Of a stretch of DNA of 49,236 bases, positions 1-10,268 are shown one piece after another. The stretch lies in sequence record SRR20825019_950; one strand, written 5' to 3'. The number at the start of each line of letters is the position of its first letter. The first letter of the stretch is position 1. The position numbers and the translations under genes are program-made. The notes below the pieces were generated by a model. The model was not told the DNA's origin. It saw only the letters and a program-made list of their open reading frames with translations, and searched no databases.

Positions 1-64
1 CCATCCATGGCTCCGCACATTTTTGGGAGACCTGCCCTGCCTCGCCCTGATTCGGAGGAAAACC

Positions 65-388
65 CTAGAGCGCGGTGATTCCTGCATAGCGGACTAGCCC
101 TGCTGCAGCGATACCGGCTGCGATAGCGGGGAGAGGCTTCTTCGTTGCCAGCATAATAACAGCGGTGACAACCAGTGCTGCCAATGAGCCGGCATCGCCG
201 CTTACCGCCATGGGGACGATGATCGCGATCAACACCGAACTGGCCATGGTGTTGATGAAGCTTTCGATGCGCGGGTTGATCGTTACGAACGACATCAGGA
301 ACACACCGCCGAAGCGAGTCGCCAGGGTGACAAGCGTCATGATGGCGATCAGGGCCAGAGTGCCAGCAACCGTGGTTTCAACCGTCAT
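65..388 (-). CDS. azlD: AzlD-family branched-chain amino acid exporter small subunit
   Basis: 107-aa hydrophobic protein (TLATRFGG...SSVLIAIIVP). Its ATG overlaps the stop of the upstream AzlC-family gene (ATGA). Confidence 0.8.
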   Translation of the reverse strand: MTVETTVAGTLALIAIMTLVTLATRFGGVFLMSFVTINPRIESFINTMASSVLIAIIVPMAVSGDAGSLAALVVTAVIMLATKKPLPAIAAGIAAAGLVRYAGITAL

Positions 389-1128
389 GATGAACGTCCC
401 TCTTCAACAGATTCCGGTGCTTCAGTCTTCTTTTCCATCCAGAAAAAACCAATAGCGCCACCTGCCAACGCACCGACAACCACGTGGGTATTGGGCGGTA
501 GCCATTTCCAGGCGGCCAGCGATGAGGTTGCCGCGACGGTCCAGGCCACAAGGGTTCGGGGGGATTTGTTGCCGCCGAGTGCCATGGCCAGCAGGAAGCA
601 ACCCAGCACCATATCCAGGCCCAGAGACTTGGGATTCTGCAGCAGGCCACCGAAATAAACCCCCAGCCAGGTTCCGATAATCCACGCCACCCACAGCACA
701 AGACCACCGCCGAGGATAACCTCCAGGTTCCGTTTACCACTCTGGTATTCCTGCGCGGACACGGCCCAGTTGGCGTCGGTCAGGAGCAGCAGTAAGCCAT
801 AGCGCCGACCCGGGGACACATCCCTGAGCATGGGGTACAGGGAGGCCCCCATCAGCAGATGGCGGGAATTAATGGCGAACACGACGGCCATCAAAGGAAT
901 CAGCGACACCTCGCTACCCCACATATCGACAGCGGCAAACTGGGAAGCGCCCGCAAATACCGTGGTGCTCATGAGTATTGCCTGCAGTGGCTCCAATCCT
1001 TTCTGGATGGCCGCCAATCCGAAGGCAGCACCAAAGGCCACCACAAATAACGAGATAGGAAGAAGCCGGAAAAACTCCGCGCGGACTTTTTCGGGTTGAA
1101 GCTGGTAGGAATATGTATGAACGTTCAT
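385..1128 (-). CDS. azlC: AzlC-family branched-chain amino acid exporter large subunit
   Basis: AzlC motifs FGAAFG, VFAGASQF, INSRHLLMG, LTDANWA; multiple TM segments. Confidence 0.88.
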   Translation of the reverse strand: MNVHTYSYQLQPEKVRAEFFRLLPISLFVVAFGAAFGLAAIQKGLEPLQAILMSTTVFAGASQFAAVDMWGSEVSLIPLMAVVFAINSRHLLMGASLYPMLRDVSPGRRYGLLLLLTDANWAVSAQEYQSGKRNLEVILGGGLVLWVAWIIGTWLGVYFGGLLQNPKSLGLDMVLGCFLLAMALGGNKSPRTLVAWTVAATSSLAAWKWLPPNTHVVVGALAGGAIGFFWMEKKTEAPESVEEGRSS

Positions 1129-1181
1129 CTAAGCAAGCTAATGAAACCAGCTTCAGATGCGTATAGGTAGATGCCGAAGAG

Positions 1182-2036
1182 TCAGAGCTGGCCGAGGGTG
1201 TAGGCCAGGGTGTCACTGATGCCCGCGTTAAGCTTCAGGTCCACCAGTGAATCGGCACGGGTACGCCCCAGGTTCAGTGTCGCCATGGGTTTACCCCATT
1301 CCTTGGCATAGCGACAAAATCGAAATCCGGAATAGACCATCAGCGAAGAGCCGATCACCAACAGGCCATCACACGTCTTGAGCGTGTCCAGTGTGGACGT
1401 CACCCGGTCTTTGGGCACGTAGTCGCCGAAAAACACCACATCCGGTTTCAGAATGCCGTCGCAACAGGGGCAGTCCGCGATGCGAAACTCAGAAAAGTCC
1501 ACTTCCAGATCGGCATCACCATCCGGCGCGGCACCGGCGGAATAGTGCCCAAAAGTCGGGTTCATGTCCGCGCAACGCTCGTGGACCTCGTCCCGCTTGC
1601 AGCGATATCCGCAATCCATGCAGACAACCTCGTCTGCCCTGCCGTGCAAATCGGTTACCGAACGGCTACCCGCCTGCTGATGCAGGCGATCCACGTTCTG
1701 GGTGACAAGCAGGCGGCTGTAGCGGCGAAGCTCCAACTCGGCAACACGATGATGCGCGATGTTGGGCCTGGCGTTGCGAATGATTGGCCAACCAATGAGG
1801 CTTCGTCCCCAATAACGCTGACGAACCATCGTGCTCGTCATAAAGTCCTGATGCTGGACCGGTTGTTTGCGCTTCCACGCGCCATCGCCATCCCGATAGT
1901 CAGGAATGCCGGAATCGGTACTGACGCCGGCTCCCGTCAATATCATCAGGCCAGGATGCCGGTGGATGAATTCCGCCAGCATGGCCCCCGCCTGCTCGGG
2001 AGAATGCAGCTCCAGTGGCTGGTCAGCGGCCGGCAT
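1182..2036 (-). CDS. NAD-dependent protein deacylase, sirtuin (class II, SIRT4-like)
   Basis: TGAGVSTDSGIPDYR, TQNVDRLH, DLHG, two CxxC zinc pairs, PDGDA, LKPDVVFFG, GSSL. Start trimmed to ATG at 2036 (MPAADQ). Confidence 0.92.
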   Translation of the reverse strand: MPAADQPLELHSPEQAGAMLAEFIHRHPGLMILTGAGVSTDSGIPDYRDGDGAWKRKQPVQHQDFMTSTMVRQRYWGRSLIGWPIIRNARPNIAHHRVAELELRRYSRLLVTQNVDRLHQQAGSRSVTDLHGRADEVVCMDCGYRCKRDEVHERCADMNPTFGHYSAGAAPDGDADLEVDFSEFRIADCPCCDGILKPDVVFFGDYVPKDRVTSTLDTLKTCDGLLVIGSSLMVYSGFRFCRYAKEWGKPMATLNLGRTRADSLVDLKLNAGISDTLAYTLGQL

Positions 2037-2183
2037 TGTTACGCCTTTAACAGGTTTTTGAATGACAGGCATCACACTCACACTCGTTGGGAACTCCTCT
2101 ACTTTAGGGAGCAAATCCACCGCTGCCAATGGTAACAACCGGAAAAGATTCTGAAGAGGGCACAATATTCTATTTGCATTGTG

Positions 2184-2198
2184 CAAAATTTAATTTTG
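2184..2198. promoter_or_regulatory. AT-rich 7-1-7 inverted repeat, candidate OhrR operator
   Basis: CAAAATT-T-AATTTTG, a perfect inverted repeat ~75 bp upstream of ohr, overlapped by two TTGTGCAA copies. Resembles known OhrR boxes (TACAATT-N-AATTGTA type). Confidence 0.6.
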
Positions 2199-2271
2199 TG
2201 CAACCATTAACAACGAAATAAAGTCATCAACACACGATGCGTTGTAATGCGCACGAAGGAGAGTCGAAAAC

Positions 2272-2700
2272 ATGTCTATTGAACAGGTTGTTTATCGCGC
2301 GTCAGCAGAAGCTACCGGCGGCCGTGACGGCCGTGCCATCTCCTCGGACGGCGTCCTCGATGTTGAGCTGACAACACCGAAAGAAATGGGTGGTGCCGGC
2401 GGCAAAGGCTCCAACCCGGAGCAGTTGTTCGCGGCCGGTTATTCTGCGTGCTTCATCGGCGCCATGAAATTCGTCGCTGGCCGGGACAAGCTTCCCATGC
2501 CAGAAGATGCGTCTATTGAGGGTGTAGTCGGCATTGGCCAGATTCCCGGAGGCTTCGGGATTGAGGTGGAACTGAAAATCTCTCTGCCGGGCATGGACGA
2601 TCAACAGGCCAAGCAGCTGATCGATGCAGCTCACCAGGTGTGCCCCTACTCCAACGCCACCCGTGGCAACATCGATGTGACATTGACCCGGGTGGATTGA
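2272..2700 (+). CDS. ohr: Organic hydroperoxide resistance protein Ohr
   Basis: [21 protein letters not shown] and [14 protein letters not shown] with both catalytic Cys; AAGGAG RBS. Confidence 0.96.
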   Translation: MSIEQVVYRASAEATGGRDGRAISSDGVLDVELTTPKEMGGAGGKGSNPEQLFAAGYSACFIGAMKFVAGRDKLPMPEDASIEGVVGIGQIPGGFGIEVELKISLPGMDDQQAKQLIDAAHQVCPYSNATRGNIDVTLTRVD

Positions 2701-2725
2701 TATCGACCTGGTCGATCACCGAAAT

Positions 2726-2754
2726 CTGACAGCGGGCTACCTGCCCGCTGTCAG
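2726..2754. terminator. Hairpin between convergent ohr and LysE genes
   Basis: CTGACAGCGGGC-TACCT-GCCCGCTGTCAG, perfect 12-bp stem; no clear U-tract. Confidence 0.65.
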
Positions 2755-2761
2755 GAACCGG

Positions 2762-3376
2762 CTAGACCAGCTTTGCGGTTTCCACCGAGAGCATGGGAAT
2801 TACCGACAGTGCAAGCAGCGCGCCCATGGTCCAGTTGAACATCCTTCGATATAACGGCTTGCGCAACAATTTCCGCAATCCTGCCCCGCCAAGCATCCAG
2901 CTACCGACACAGGGCACGCTGACCAGCAAAAAGGTCAGCCCGATCCAGAACGACTGCTGCAGCACCTCGCCACTACTGACCGTGGTGAACGTCGCCAAAG
3001 CGCCAACCGCCATGACCCAGGCTTTGGGATTCACCCACTGGAAAGCCGCCGCCTGAAGGAACGACAACGGCTTGCTGGTTTTCTCACCGTCGATCTCTGT
3101 GGCTGTGGTCGCGATTCGCCAGGCGAGATACAGCAAATAGGTTATACCAAGAACCTTGATCACCAGGTGTAACTGCGGAAATGCTTCAAACACTTTCCCC
3201 AGGCCCAGGCTGATCGCTACCACCATGGCGGGAAAACCAAAGCAGATACCCAGGTAGTGAGGTAGCGTTCGCCACACCCCGAAATTGACGCCCGATGTCA
3301 TGATCATGATGTTGTTCGGGCCTGGCGTTACCGTCGACACCAGCGCGAAGAGCAATACGCTTAATACGATTTCCAT
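2762..3376 (-). CDS. LysE/RhtB-family amino acid exporter
   Basis: TPGPNN, SGVNFG, YLLYLAWRIA, FQWVNPKAW. Start trimmed to MEIVLS at 3376. Confidence 0.9.
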   Translation of the reverse strand: MEIVLSVLLFALVSTVTPGPNNIMIMTSGVNFGVWRTLPHYLGICFGFPAMVVAISLGLGKVFEAFPQLHLVIKVLGITYLLYLAWRIATTATEIDGEKTSKPLSFLQAAAFQWVNPKAWVMAVGALATFTTVSSGEVLQQSFWIGLTFLLVSVPCVGSWMLGGAGLRKLLRKPLYRRMFNWTMGALLALSVIPMLSVETAKLV

Positions 3377-3506
3377 GTTCCCTGCCGAGCTCCCTGTTAC
3401 CGATTCGTTACTCGTCAATCCTACAAAGCGGGCCGCCAGTGAAACAGATTCAGAAGTGTGGTTTTTTGACCATAACAGTTGAGCGATTCATTACCCGTCA
3501 GAGCTC

Positions 3507-4055
3507 TTATCCGGGGGACAAAGTCCGGATAAGCAGGTTGCGCATGTGGTCTGCACCCAATCGATTCATCAGCTCAACGTTCTGCTCCGGTATCGATTCT
3601 GTTCCGGGATAGCCGGCGATGGCGCGCTCAAGGCTGCGTTCCCTCAGCAGGTGCAGCATCGGGTAAGGAGAGCGATTGGTGTAATTTTCGGCGTCAGCCG
3701 CACTGGTGCCGCCAAACTGATAGTCGGGATGAAAACTGGCAATCTGATACTCCCCGTCCAGCTCGAGATGCACAAGAAGGCCGTCGGCTGCGTCGAGAAA
3801 ATCGTTGTAGTCCATAAAGTCCGTCAGCACGTCGGGATGCACAAGCAGCGTTGTCTCAACCTCCGGATGTTGGTCCAGATGCATCATTTCTTCCTGCAGT
3901 GCAGTTAACAGCCCCTCCTCCGAGTTGGCATCCGTCGCCACAAATCGAATGCGCTCATTCACCAACTCCCGACGGGCAAACGGGCACAAGTTGAGACCAA
4001 TGACCACCTCTGACACCCACCGCCGCGTGGCGGCCAGAACGGTATTACACTCCAA
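3507..4055 (-). CDS. DUF1415-family protein
   Basis: VVIGLNLCPFA, ETTLLVHP, YQIASFHPDYQF, NYTNRSPYPMLHLLRE. TTG start at 4055 with GGGAG RBS. Confidence 0.85.
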   Translation of the reverse strand: MECNTVLAATRRWVSEVVIGLNLCPFARRELVNERIRFVATDANSEEGLLTALQEEMMHLDQHPEVETTLLVHPDVLTDFMDYNDFLDAADGLLVHLELDGEYQIASFHPDYQFGGTSAADAENYTNRSPYPMLHLLRERSLERAIAGYPGTESIPEQNVELMNRLGADHMRNLLIRTLSPG

Positions 4056-4220
4056 GTTGAAACTCCCATACGTTAAAAGCGGGGAAAGGATGGCGAAAAT
4101 GCTGCCCGAGCGCCGAACAAGACTGAAAAGGACCTGAAAGGACCGACACAGCCAGCGCAAGTCATGATACGTTAAGCAAGCTTACAATAATTCCGTGACC
4201 GATGGCTGCCGGAGAACACG

Positions 4221-5126
4221 ATGAACGCGCTGCGAACACCTGACAAACGATTTGAACGCCTGTTGGATTATCCCTTCGCCCCTCACTACGTGGAGGTCGA
4301 CGGACTGCGCATGCATTACGTCGATGAAGGCCCCTCGGACGCCAGCCCGGTGCTGATGATGCACGGCGAACCTTCCTGGTCGTACCTCTACCGCCACATG
4401 ATTCCCATCTGTGTAGCGGCAGGGCACCGGGTGATCGCGCCAGACCTGATCGGTTTTGGCAAATCCGACAAACCCACGGATATCAACGCGTACAGTTACC
4501 AGAGCCATATGGACTGGATGCAGGCGTTTCTGGAACAGACTGACCTGCAGAACATCACCCTCGTATGCCAGGACTGGGGATCTCTTCTCGGCCTGAGACT
4601 GGCGGCGGAAAATCCGGAGCGGTTCCGAGCCATCGTTGTGGGTAATGGCATGCTGCCTACCGGCGACCAGCCCGTGCCAAAAGCGTTCCAGTTGTGGAAG
4701 AACTTCGCGCTGTACAGCCCCTGGTTTCCCATTGCCCGCATTATCAATACCGGAAGCTTTCGCACCCTGGGGCCCGACGAGCGTCGTGCCTACGATGCGC
4801 CATTCCCCAACAAGAAGTACAAGGCCGGTGCTCGCGCTTTTCCGAAACTGGTGCCGGTGACACCGGACAACCCTGCCAGCGAAGCCAATCGCGAGGCCTG
4901 GAAGGTTCTGGAGCAGTGGAAGAAGCCGTTCCTGACCACTTTCAGCAACGGCGACCCGATCACCCGGGGCGGCGACCGTTATATGCAGGAGAGAATTCCC
5001 GGCGCAAAGGGCCAGCCCCACACCACTCTCACCGGCGGACACTTCCTGCAGGAAGACTCACCGGTTGAGTTTGCGGGGGCGATCAATACCCTGCTGGCTC
5101 GCCTGGACGAAAGCGATCAGACATAA
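4221..5126 (+). CDS. Haloalkane dehalogenase (alpha/beta hydrolase, HLD-I-like)
   Basis: [24 protein letters not shown], nucleophile motif [19 protein letters not shown]. Confidence 0.9.
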   Translation: MNALRTPDKRFERLLDYPFAPHYVEVDGLRMHYVDEGPSDASPVLMMHGEPSWSYLYRHMIPICVAAGHRVIAPDLIGFGKSDKPTDINAYSYQSHMDWMQAFLEQTDLQNITLVCQDWGSLLGLRLAAENPERFRAIVVGNGMLPTGDQPVPKAFQLWKNFALYSPWFPIARIINTGSFRTLGPDERRAYDAPFPNKKYKAGARAFPKLVPVTPDNPASEANREAWKVLEQWKKPFLTTFSNGDPITRGGDRYMQERIPGAKGQPHTTLTGGHFLQEDSPVEFAGAINTLLARLDESDQT

Positions 5127-6703
5127 CCCTGGCTTCGCAGGTAGTCATCGTAACTGCCGCTGAAGTCGGTTATGCCGTCGGCCTTCAGTTCAATAATTCG
5201 GGTGGCAAGGGATGACACGAACTCCCGGTCATGGCTGACAAACACCAGCGTGCCCGGGTAATTTTCCAGCGCCAGGTTCAGGGCCTCGATGGATTCCATG
5301 TCCAGGTGGTTGGTGGGCTCGTCCATCAGCATGACGTTGGGCTTTTCCAGGATCAGCTTACCGAACAGCATACGGCCCTGCTCTCCGCCCGAAATGACCT
5401 TCACCGATTTACCGATATCATCCCCTGAGAACAACATGCGGCCGAGGGTTCCCCGAACCAGTTGTTCTCCGCCGGTGGTCCATTGCGACATCCACTCGGT
5501 CAGATCCATGTCCTCATCAAAGTCGGCGCCGTGATCCTGGGCGTAGTAGCCGACCTGGGCACTGTCGGTCCACTTAACATCGCCGCTGTCAGGCGTCATG
5601 GCGCCGGCCATACACTGCATCAGTGTGGTTTTGCCAATGCCGTTGGGCCCGATGATGGCCACTCGCTCACCCGCTTCGATCTGAAGGTTCATTTTGTCGA
5701 ACAGGGGCTTGCCATCGAAGCCCTTGGTAAATTCCTTCAGCGTTACCGCCTGTCGATGCAGCTTCTTGGTTTGCTCAAACCGGATGAACGGGCTTACCCG
5801 ACTGGACGGTTTGACCTCCTCCAACTGGATCTTGTCGATCTGACGGGCGCGGGAGGTTGCCTGCTTGGCTTTGGAAGCGTTGGCGGAAAAGCGACTGACA
5901 AACTGCTGCAACTCGGCAATCTGGGCTTTCTTCTTGGCGTTATCCGACAGCATGCGCTCGCGGGCCTGGGTGGCAGCGGTCATGTATTCATCGTAATTGC
6001 CAGGGAACAGCCGAAGCTCGCCATAATCCAGATCCGCCATGTGTGTGCACACGCTGTTCAGGAAGTGGCGGTCGTGGGAAATAATGATCATGGTGCTGTT
6101 GCGAGCCACCAGGATGTTTTCCAGCCAGCGAATGGTATTGATGTCCAGATGGTTGGTGGGCTCGTCCAGAAGCAGGATATCAGGATCAGAGAACAACGCC
6201 TGGGCCAGCAGAACACGCAGTTTCCAGCCCGGCGCAACAGCGCTCATGGGGCCGTTGTGCTGTTCCAGGGGAATATCCAGGCCCAGCAGCAGTTCGCCAG
6301 CGCGGGCATCGGCGGTATAGCCGTCCATCTCGGCGAATTGCACTTCCAGGTCCGCCACGGCCATGCCGTCTTCCTCGCTCATTTCAGCGAGCGAGTAGAT
6401 ACGATCACGCTCGGCTTTTACACGCCAGAGCTCTTCGTGGCCCATAATGACCGTATCAATCACCGAGCAGTCCTCGTAGGCAAACTGGTCCTGGCGCAGC
6501 TTACCCAGCCGCTGATTCTGGTCCACCATGACCTGGCCGGCCGACGGTTCCAGGTCGCCGCCAAGGATTTTCATGAACGTGGACTTGCCGCAGCCATTGG
6601 CGCCGATCAGACCGTAGCGGTTGCCATTGCCGAATTTGACGGACACATTTTCGAAAAGGGGTTTGGCCCCGAACTGCATGGTAATGTTCGCGGTGGATAT
6701 CAA
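5117..6703 (-). CDS. ybiT: ABC-F family ATPase YbiT
   Basis: Two ABC cassettes ([45 protein letters not shown]), no TM segments. N-terminus [18 protein letters not shown] is YbiT-like; TTG start 6703. Overlaps the dehalogenase 3' end by 10 bp. Confidence 0.9.
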   Translation of the reverse strand: MISTANITMQFGAKPLFENVSVKFGNGNRYGLIGANGCGKSTFMKILGGDLEPSAGQVMVDQNQRLGKLRQDQFAYEDCSVIDTVIMGHEELWRVKAERDRIYSLAEMSEEDGMAVADLEVQFAEMDGYTADARAGELLLGLDIPLEQHNGPMSAVAPGWKLRVLLAQALFSDPDILLLDEPTNHLDINTIRWLENILVARNSTMIIISHDRHFLNSVCTHMADLDYGELRLFPGNYDEYMTAATQARERMLSDNAKKKAQIAELQQFVSRFSANASKAKQATSRARQIDKIQLEEVKPSSRVSPFIRFEQTKKLHRQAVTLKEFTKGFDGKPLFDKMNLQIEAGERVAIIGPNGIGKTTLMQCMAGAMTPDSGDVKWTDSAQVGYYAQDHGADFDEDMDLTEWMSQWTTGGEQLVRGTLGRMLFSGDDIGKSVKVISGGEQGRMLFGKLILEKPNVMLMDEPTNHLDMESIEALNLALENYPGTLVFVSHDREFVSSLATRIIELKADGITDFSGSYDDYLRSQGYV

Positions 6704-6895
6704 GAATAGACCTGCTGAGAGTGAAGACCGGGCACGGGCCGGCGAAGGAAAAGCCGGCATTGTACAGGTTTGTGGCCAAAACCGTGAGACAGCAAAAACA
6801 CGGATAAAAAGCGCTTGCCTCAACGGCCCAGTGCGGGCAGCATTTCACCCTCGGTGATCGCAACATGATCCTCATTCGAAAAAAGGAAACACACC

Positions 6896-7174
6896 ATGAC
6901 ACAGGCAACCGCGCGTCACATCCTTGTAGACAGCGAAGCAAAATGTGAAGAACTGAAGAAAGCCATTGAAGGCGGCCAGGACTTCGCGGAAGTGGCGAAG
7001 CAACATTCATCCTGCCCCTCAGGCCGCAACGGCGGCGACTTGGGCGCTTTCGGCCCGGGCCAGATGGTTCCGGAATTCGACAAGGTGGTTTTCAGTGGTG
7101 AAGTGAACAAGGTGCTCGGCCCGGTGAAAACCCAGTTCGGCTACCACCTGCTGGAAGTGACCAGCCGGAGCTGA
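6896..7174 (+). CDS. ppiC: Parvulin peptidyl-prolyl isomerase PpiC
   Basis: ARHILV, SSCPSGRNGGDLG, GQMVPEFD, GPVKTQFGYHL; 92 aa. Confidence 0.95.
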   Translation: MTQATARHILVDSEAKCEELKKAIEGGQDFAEVAKQHSSCPSGRNGGDLGAFGPGQMVPEFDKVVFSGEVNKVLGPVKTQFGYHLLEVTSRS

Positions 7175-8130
7175 TGGCCTTAAACCTGCCAGCGTACCGG
7201 CCCGCCCGCAACACCCAGATACTCCGGTATCTGGCTTTTGCGGGCATGATTCTGATTGCACCTCTGTTTTTTGTCGGCGGCCCCGGTTGGTCCGATGGGC
7301 CGCTGTTCAAATCAGCCTGGAATCTCGGGCACATTCTGTTCTTTGCTCTGCTGACCCTGGCCATTCAGCCCTGGCGGGTCTGGACGGGCTGGTCTCTCTG
7401 GGGCATCGGCACACTTGCCGTACTCCTGCTTGGCACCGGCATCGAACTGCTACAACACGGAACCAGCCGCCAGATGGACTGGCAGGATATCCTCCGCAAC
7501 CAGGTAGGCGTATGGACCATCCTGGCCGTGCGGCCACGGGCCTCACTCACTCGGAAGTCAGGGCCGGTGGTCTGGCCACTGAGGCTCATTGTGGCTGCGC
7601 TACTGGCCGCCGAAATCGGTGCCACGGCAAGAGTCGCCATTCAGCAGTACCACGTCAGCCAATTGCTGCCGACACTCTACGACTTTCGCCAGCCAGACCC
7701 TTCGCCATTCTGGGACGGCGTCATAACGCCAGTAACCGACCATGCCATAAACGCTCATGAGCGCGCACTCAGGATATCCCTGTCCACAGCGCGTTACTCC
7801 GGAGTTTCCCTACACAATTTACCCGAAGACTGGCGCGACTATGACCGCCTCATCATCGACTTGTACAACCCTCAGGATCACCCATTGCCAATGGTTCTAA
7901 GAATCAACGACATAGAGCATGACCTGGGCGACAACGACTACAATGACCGCTTCAACACCCGCCTCTCCCTGGCTCCCGGCCCCAACCAATTCGAACTGGA
8001 CCTCGACAGGGTCAGGGCAGCCCCCGAAGGCCGATCAATGAATATGCAGGCCATCAGACGACTGATTCTGTTCACGGTTGCACTGCCAGAGCCCAAGACA
8101 CTCTACCTGCGTGACATTCGGCTGGAATGA
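7174..8130 (+). CDS. Membrane protein with VanZ-like N-terminal domain and putative carbohydrate-binding beta-sandwich C-terminal domain
   Basis: LGHILFFALL...GIELLQ...DWQDILRN (VanZ-like), then a soluble region with YSGVSL...DWRDYDRLIIDLYNP. TGATG overlap with ppiC. Confidence 0.6.
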   Translation: MALNLPAYRPARNTQILRYLAFAGMILIAPLFFVGGPGWSDGPLFKSAWNLGHILFFALLTLAIQPWRVWTGWSLWGIGTLAVLLLGTGIELLQHGTSRQMDWQDILRNQVGVWTILAVRPRASLTRKSGPVVWPLRLIVAALLAAEIGATARVAIQQYHVSQLLPTLYDFRQPDPSPFWDGVITPVTDHAINAHERALRISLSTARYSGVSLHNLPEDWRDYDRLIIDLYNPQDHPLPMVLRINDIEHDLGDNDYNDRFNTRLSLAPGPNQFELDLDRVRAAPEGRSMNMQAIRRLILFTVALPEPKTLYLRDIRLE

Positions 8131-8222
8131 CGGATCATCATCCCTGGTCTACTTTCAAAAGGAGAAGCGCCCGTAAGGTATCCCCTTGCCTATTATTGCA
8201 ACATCTGTGTGTAGGCGATTGT

Positions 8223-9002
8223 ATGAAGGCTTCAAAAGCGTACCTGGTTGCGCTGGTTGTGCTGTGGTCGACTCTGGCATTAGCGGATGATGACGAGCGA
8301 AAACTGAGCATTAGCGTTGGCGACTGGCCTCCCTTTTTCGTGGAAAGTGAGCCTGGTCAGGGTACGGTTGCCCGGCTGGTCCGAGACATCTTCGCAATGG
8401 AAGGCTACAGCGTGGAGTTTCACTTCCTGCCCTGGAAACGCGCCTATCGTGAAGCTGCAAACGGCGAACACGATGCCACCGCGATCTGGATGTACACCGC
8501 CGACCGACAGAAAGATTTTATCTACAGTGAACCGGTGATGAACGAACGCTTCGTGCTGTTCTATCGCAAGGACACGCCCATTGAATGGAACCAGATGCAG
8601 GACCTTGCCAACCTTAAGCTTGGAGGAAGCATCGGGTACAGCTACGGCCCTGAGTTTGATCGTGCAATCGAGAACGGTATTCTGAACGTGGAATGGGTCG
8701 CCTCCACGGAACTTAATTTCCGCCGCCTGCTGTTTGGCCGGATTGATGCTTTCCCGGAAGAAATCAACGTCGGCTACTACATTCTTCGCCGGGAAACAGA
8801 CCCACAGGAAGCCCGCCGGATTACCCACCACCCGGAGCCCATTCTGGAGAATCAAAGCTTCCTGCTGTTTCCAGCCAACGAACCGGGGACACAAGCCCTG
8901 CTAGAGGCATTCAACAAGCGCCTGCAGATATTCCGTGAAAATGGCCGCTATGACACCTATTTTGAAACCCGGCCCCAGGCATCACTGAACAAAGTGAGAT
9001 AA
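8223..9002 (+). CDS. Orphan periplasmic solute-binding protein (family 3)
   Basis: Signal peptide (ALA-DD), DWPPF, LPWKRA, GYSYG, GRID. No permease nearby. Start trimmed to 8223. Confidence 0.8.
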   Translation: MKASKAYLVALVVLWSTLALADDDERKLSISVGDWPPFFVESEPGQGTVARLVRDIFAMEGYSVEFHFLPWKRAYREAANGEHDATAIWMYTADRQKDFIYSEPVMNERFVLFYRKDTPIEWNQMQDLANLKLGGSIGYSYGPEFDRAIENGILNVEWVASTELNFRRLLFGRIDAFPEEINVGYYILRRETDPQEARRITHHPEPILENQSFLLFPANEPGTQALLEAFNKRLQIFRENGRYDTYFETRPQASLNKVR

Positions 9003-9015
9003 CAGCCGGCTGAAC

Positions 9016-10194
9016 TCAGTCGAGCCGCCAGGGATTGGCCGTCAGCGGTTCACCACCATGCTCGCCCACCAGTACCGTATCGCTGCAACCCATGCCCCAT
9101 TGCCCCGGAATCCTGAGGCATATGGGCAGGTGGAACACCATTCCCGGCTGGAACACCGTCGACTCTCCCCGGGCTATAAAACCGGAGCCCTCCACCCATG
9201 AAGGAGGAAACTGCGCCCCCACCGTGTAGCCAAACACCCCGGAGAAAAACACCTCACTGGCCAGTGGAGCCATAACCTGCTCCGCAGCCCTGGCGGCGGA
9301 ATCGAAGGTTCGGCCTGGCACCATGGACGCCTTGAGGACATCCACCACGCGACGGCAGCCGTCAAAAACGGCCCGCATCCTGGCCGAGGGATGACCCGCC
9401 ACCAGCGTACGCATCATCGGTGCCGTGTAACGTTGCCAGGCAGCACCAAACTCGAGGAACACCGTATCACCGTCTTCGATCCTGCACCGCTTGTGATTGG
9501 TATGGATGACACTGCTGCGCAGCCCCACCGTTACGATAGGCTGCATACTCATAAACTCACTTCCGCCCGCCAGAAGGCTTTCTGCGCCGATGGCCGCTAT
9601 GTCGTTGTCGGTCATCCCGGGGCGGATGGCCGCTGCCGCGGCTTCGATGCCCTGCCCCGTTATGCGGGCGCTGTGCCGCAGGCAATCAATTTCGGCCGCT
9701 GATTTCACAATACGGATGCTTTTCAACAGGCCTGAAGCATCCACAAACTGTGTGTCCGGGAGTCGCTGTTTGAGCCCTTCCAGGACCCCCTGGCGGAGCG
9801 AGCCATGCCAGTAGTCAACGCCGACCTTTCCGCCATGCCCTATCAGCGCGTGTGCCAGGGGATCCAACACATCGCCCACACCTTCCCAACGGTAACCGAT
9901 AACGTGATCGACCCGTGTGGTAACCATGGCGGGACCGGTTTCGATGGAGGGCACTTGAAGGGTAAGCGTATCGGCGGTGACCACCAGTGCGACGTGAACG
10001 GAGACTTCAAAGGTACTGTAACCGGTCAGATAAAACAGATCGGACGGGTCGGTTAACAGAACAGCTCCGAGACCGTCCGCAAGCATCCTGGCGCGAAGGT
10101 GTTTGAGACGCAGCTGGTACTCCGCCTCAGGGAAGGGACATTCCCGGCCCCTGAGTTCGGTGGCCAGGGTTTGCTGGTAGGCATTGAAATCCAT
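9016..10194 (-). CDS. M24/creatinase-fold hydrolase, ectoine hydrolase (DoeA/EutD)-like
   Basis: DLFYLTGY, RIVKSAAEI, FLEFGAAWQRYTAPMMRT, GYTVGAQFPPSWVE, PGMVFHL. Start at MDFNAY with GGAG upstream. Confidence 0.8.
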   Translation of the reverse strand: MDFNAYQQTLATELRGRECPFPEAEYQLRLKHLRARMLADGLGAVLLTDPSDLFYLTGYSTFEVSVHVALVVTADTLTLQVPSIETGPAMVTTRVDHVIGYRWEGVGDVLDPLAHALIGHGGKVGVDYWHGSLRQGVLEGLKQRLPDTQFVDASGLLKSIRIVKSAAEIDCLRHSARITGQGIEAAAAAIRPGMTDNDIAAIGAESLLAGGSEFMSMQPIVTVGLRSSVIHTNHKRCRIEDGDTVFLEFGAAWQRYTAPMMRTLVAGHPSARMRAVFDGCRRVVDVLKASMVPGRTFDSAARAAEQVMAPLASEVFFSGVFGYTVGAQFPPSWVEGSGFIARGESTVFQPGMVFHLPICLRIPGQWGMGCSDTVLVGEHGGEPLTANPWRLD

Positions 10195-10268
10195 GGGGCC
10201 GTCTCCGTTACGGAAAGTGACTACTGGAGACTGGACCCAAAACAGGGGCTTTTCAATCTTTCGCGGTG

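Noticed and set aside
5462..6709. Long antisense ORFs (also 13571-14683, 22799-23875, 28784-29824, 4182-5042)
   Set aside because: Shadow frames opposite well-supported genes, expected with GC-rich codon bias.
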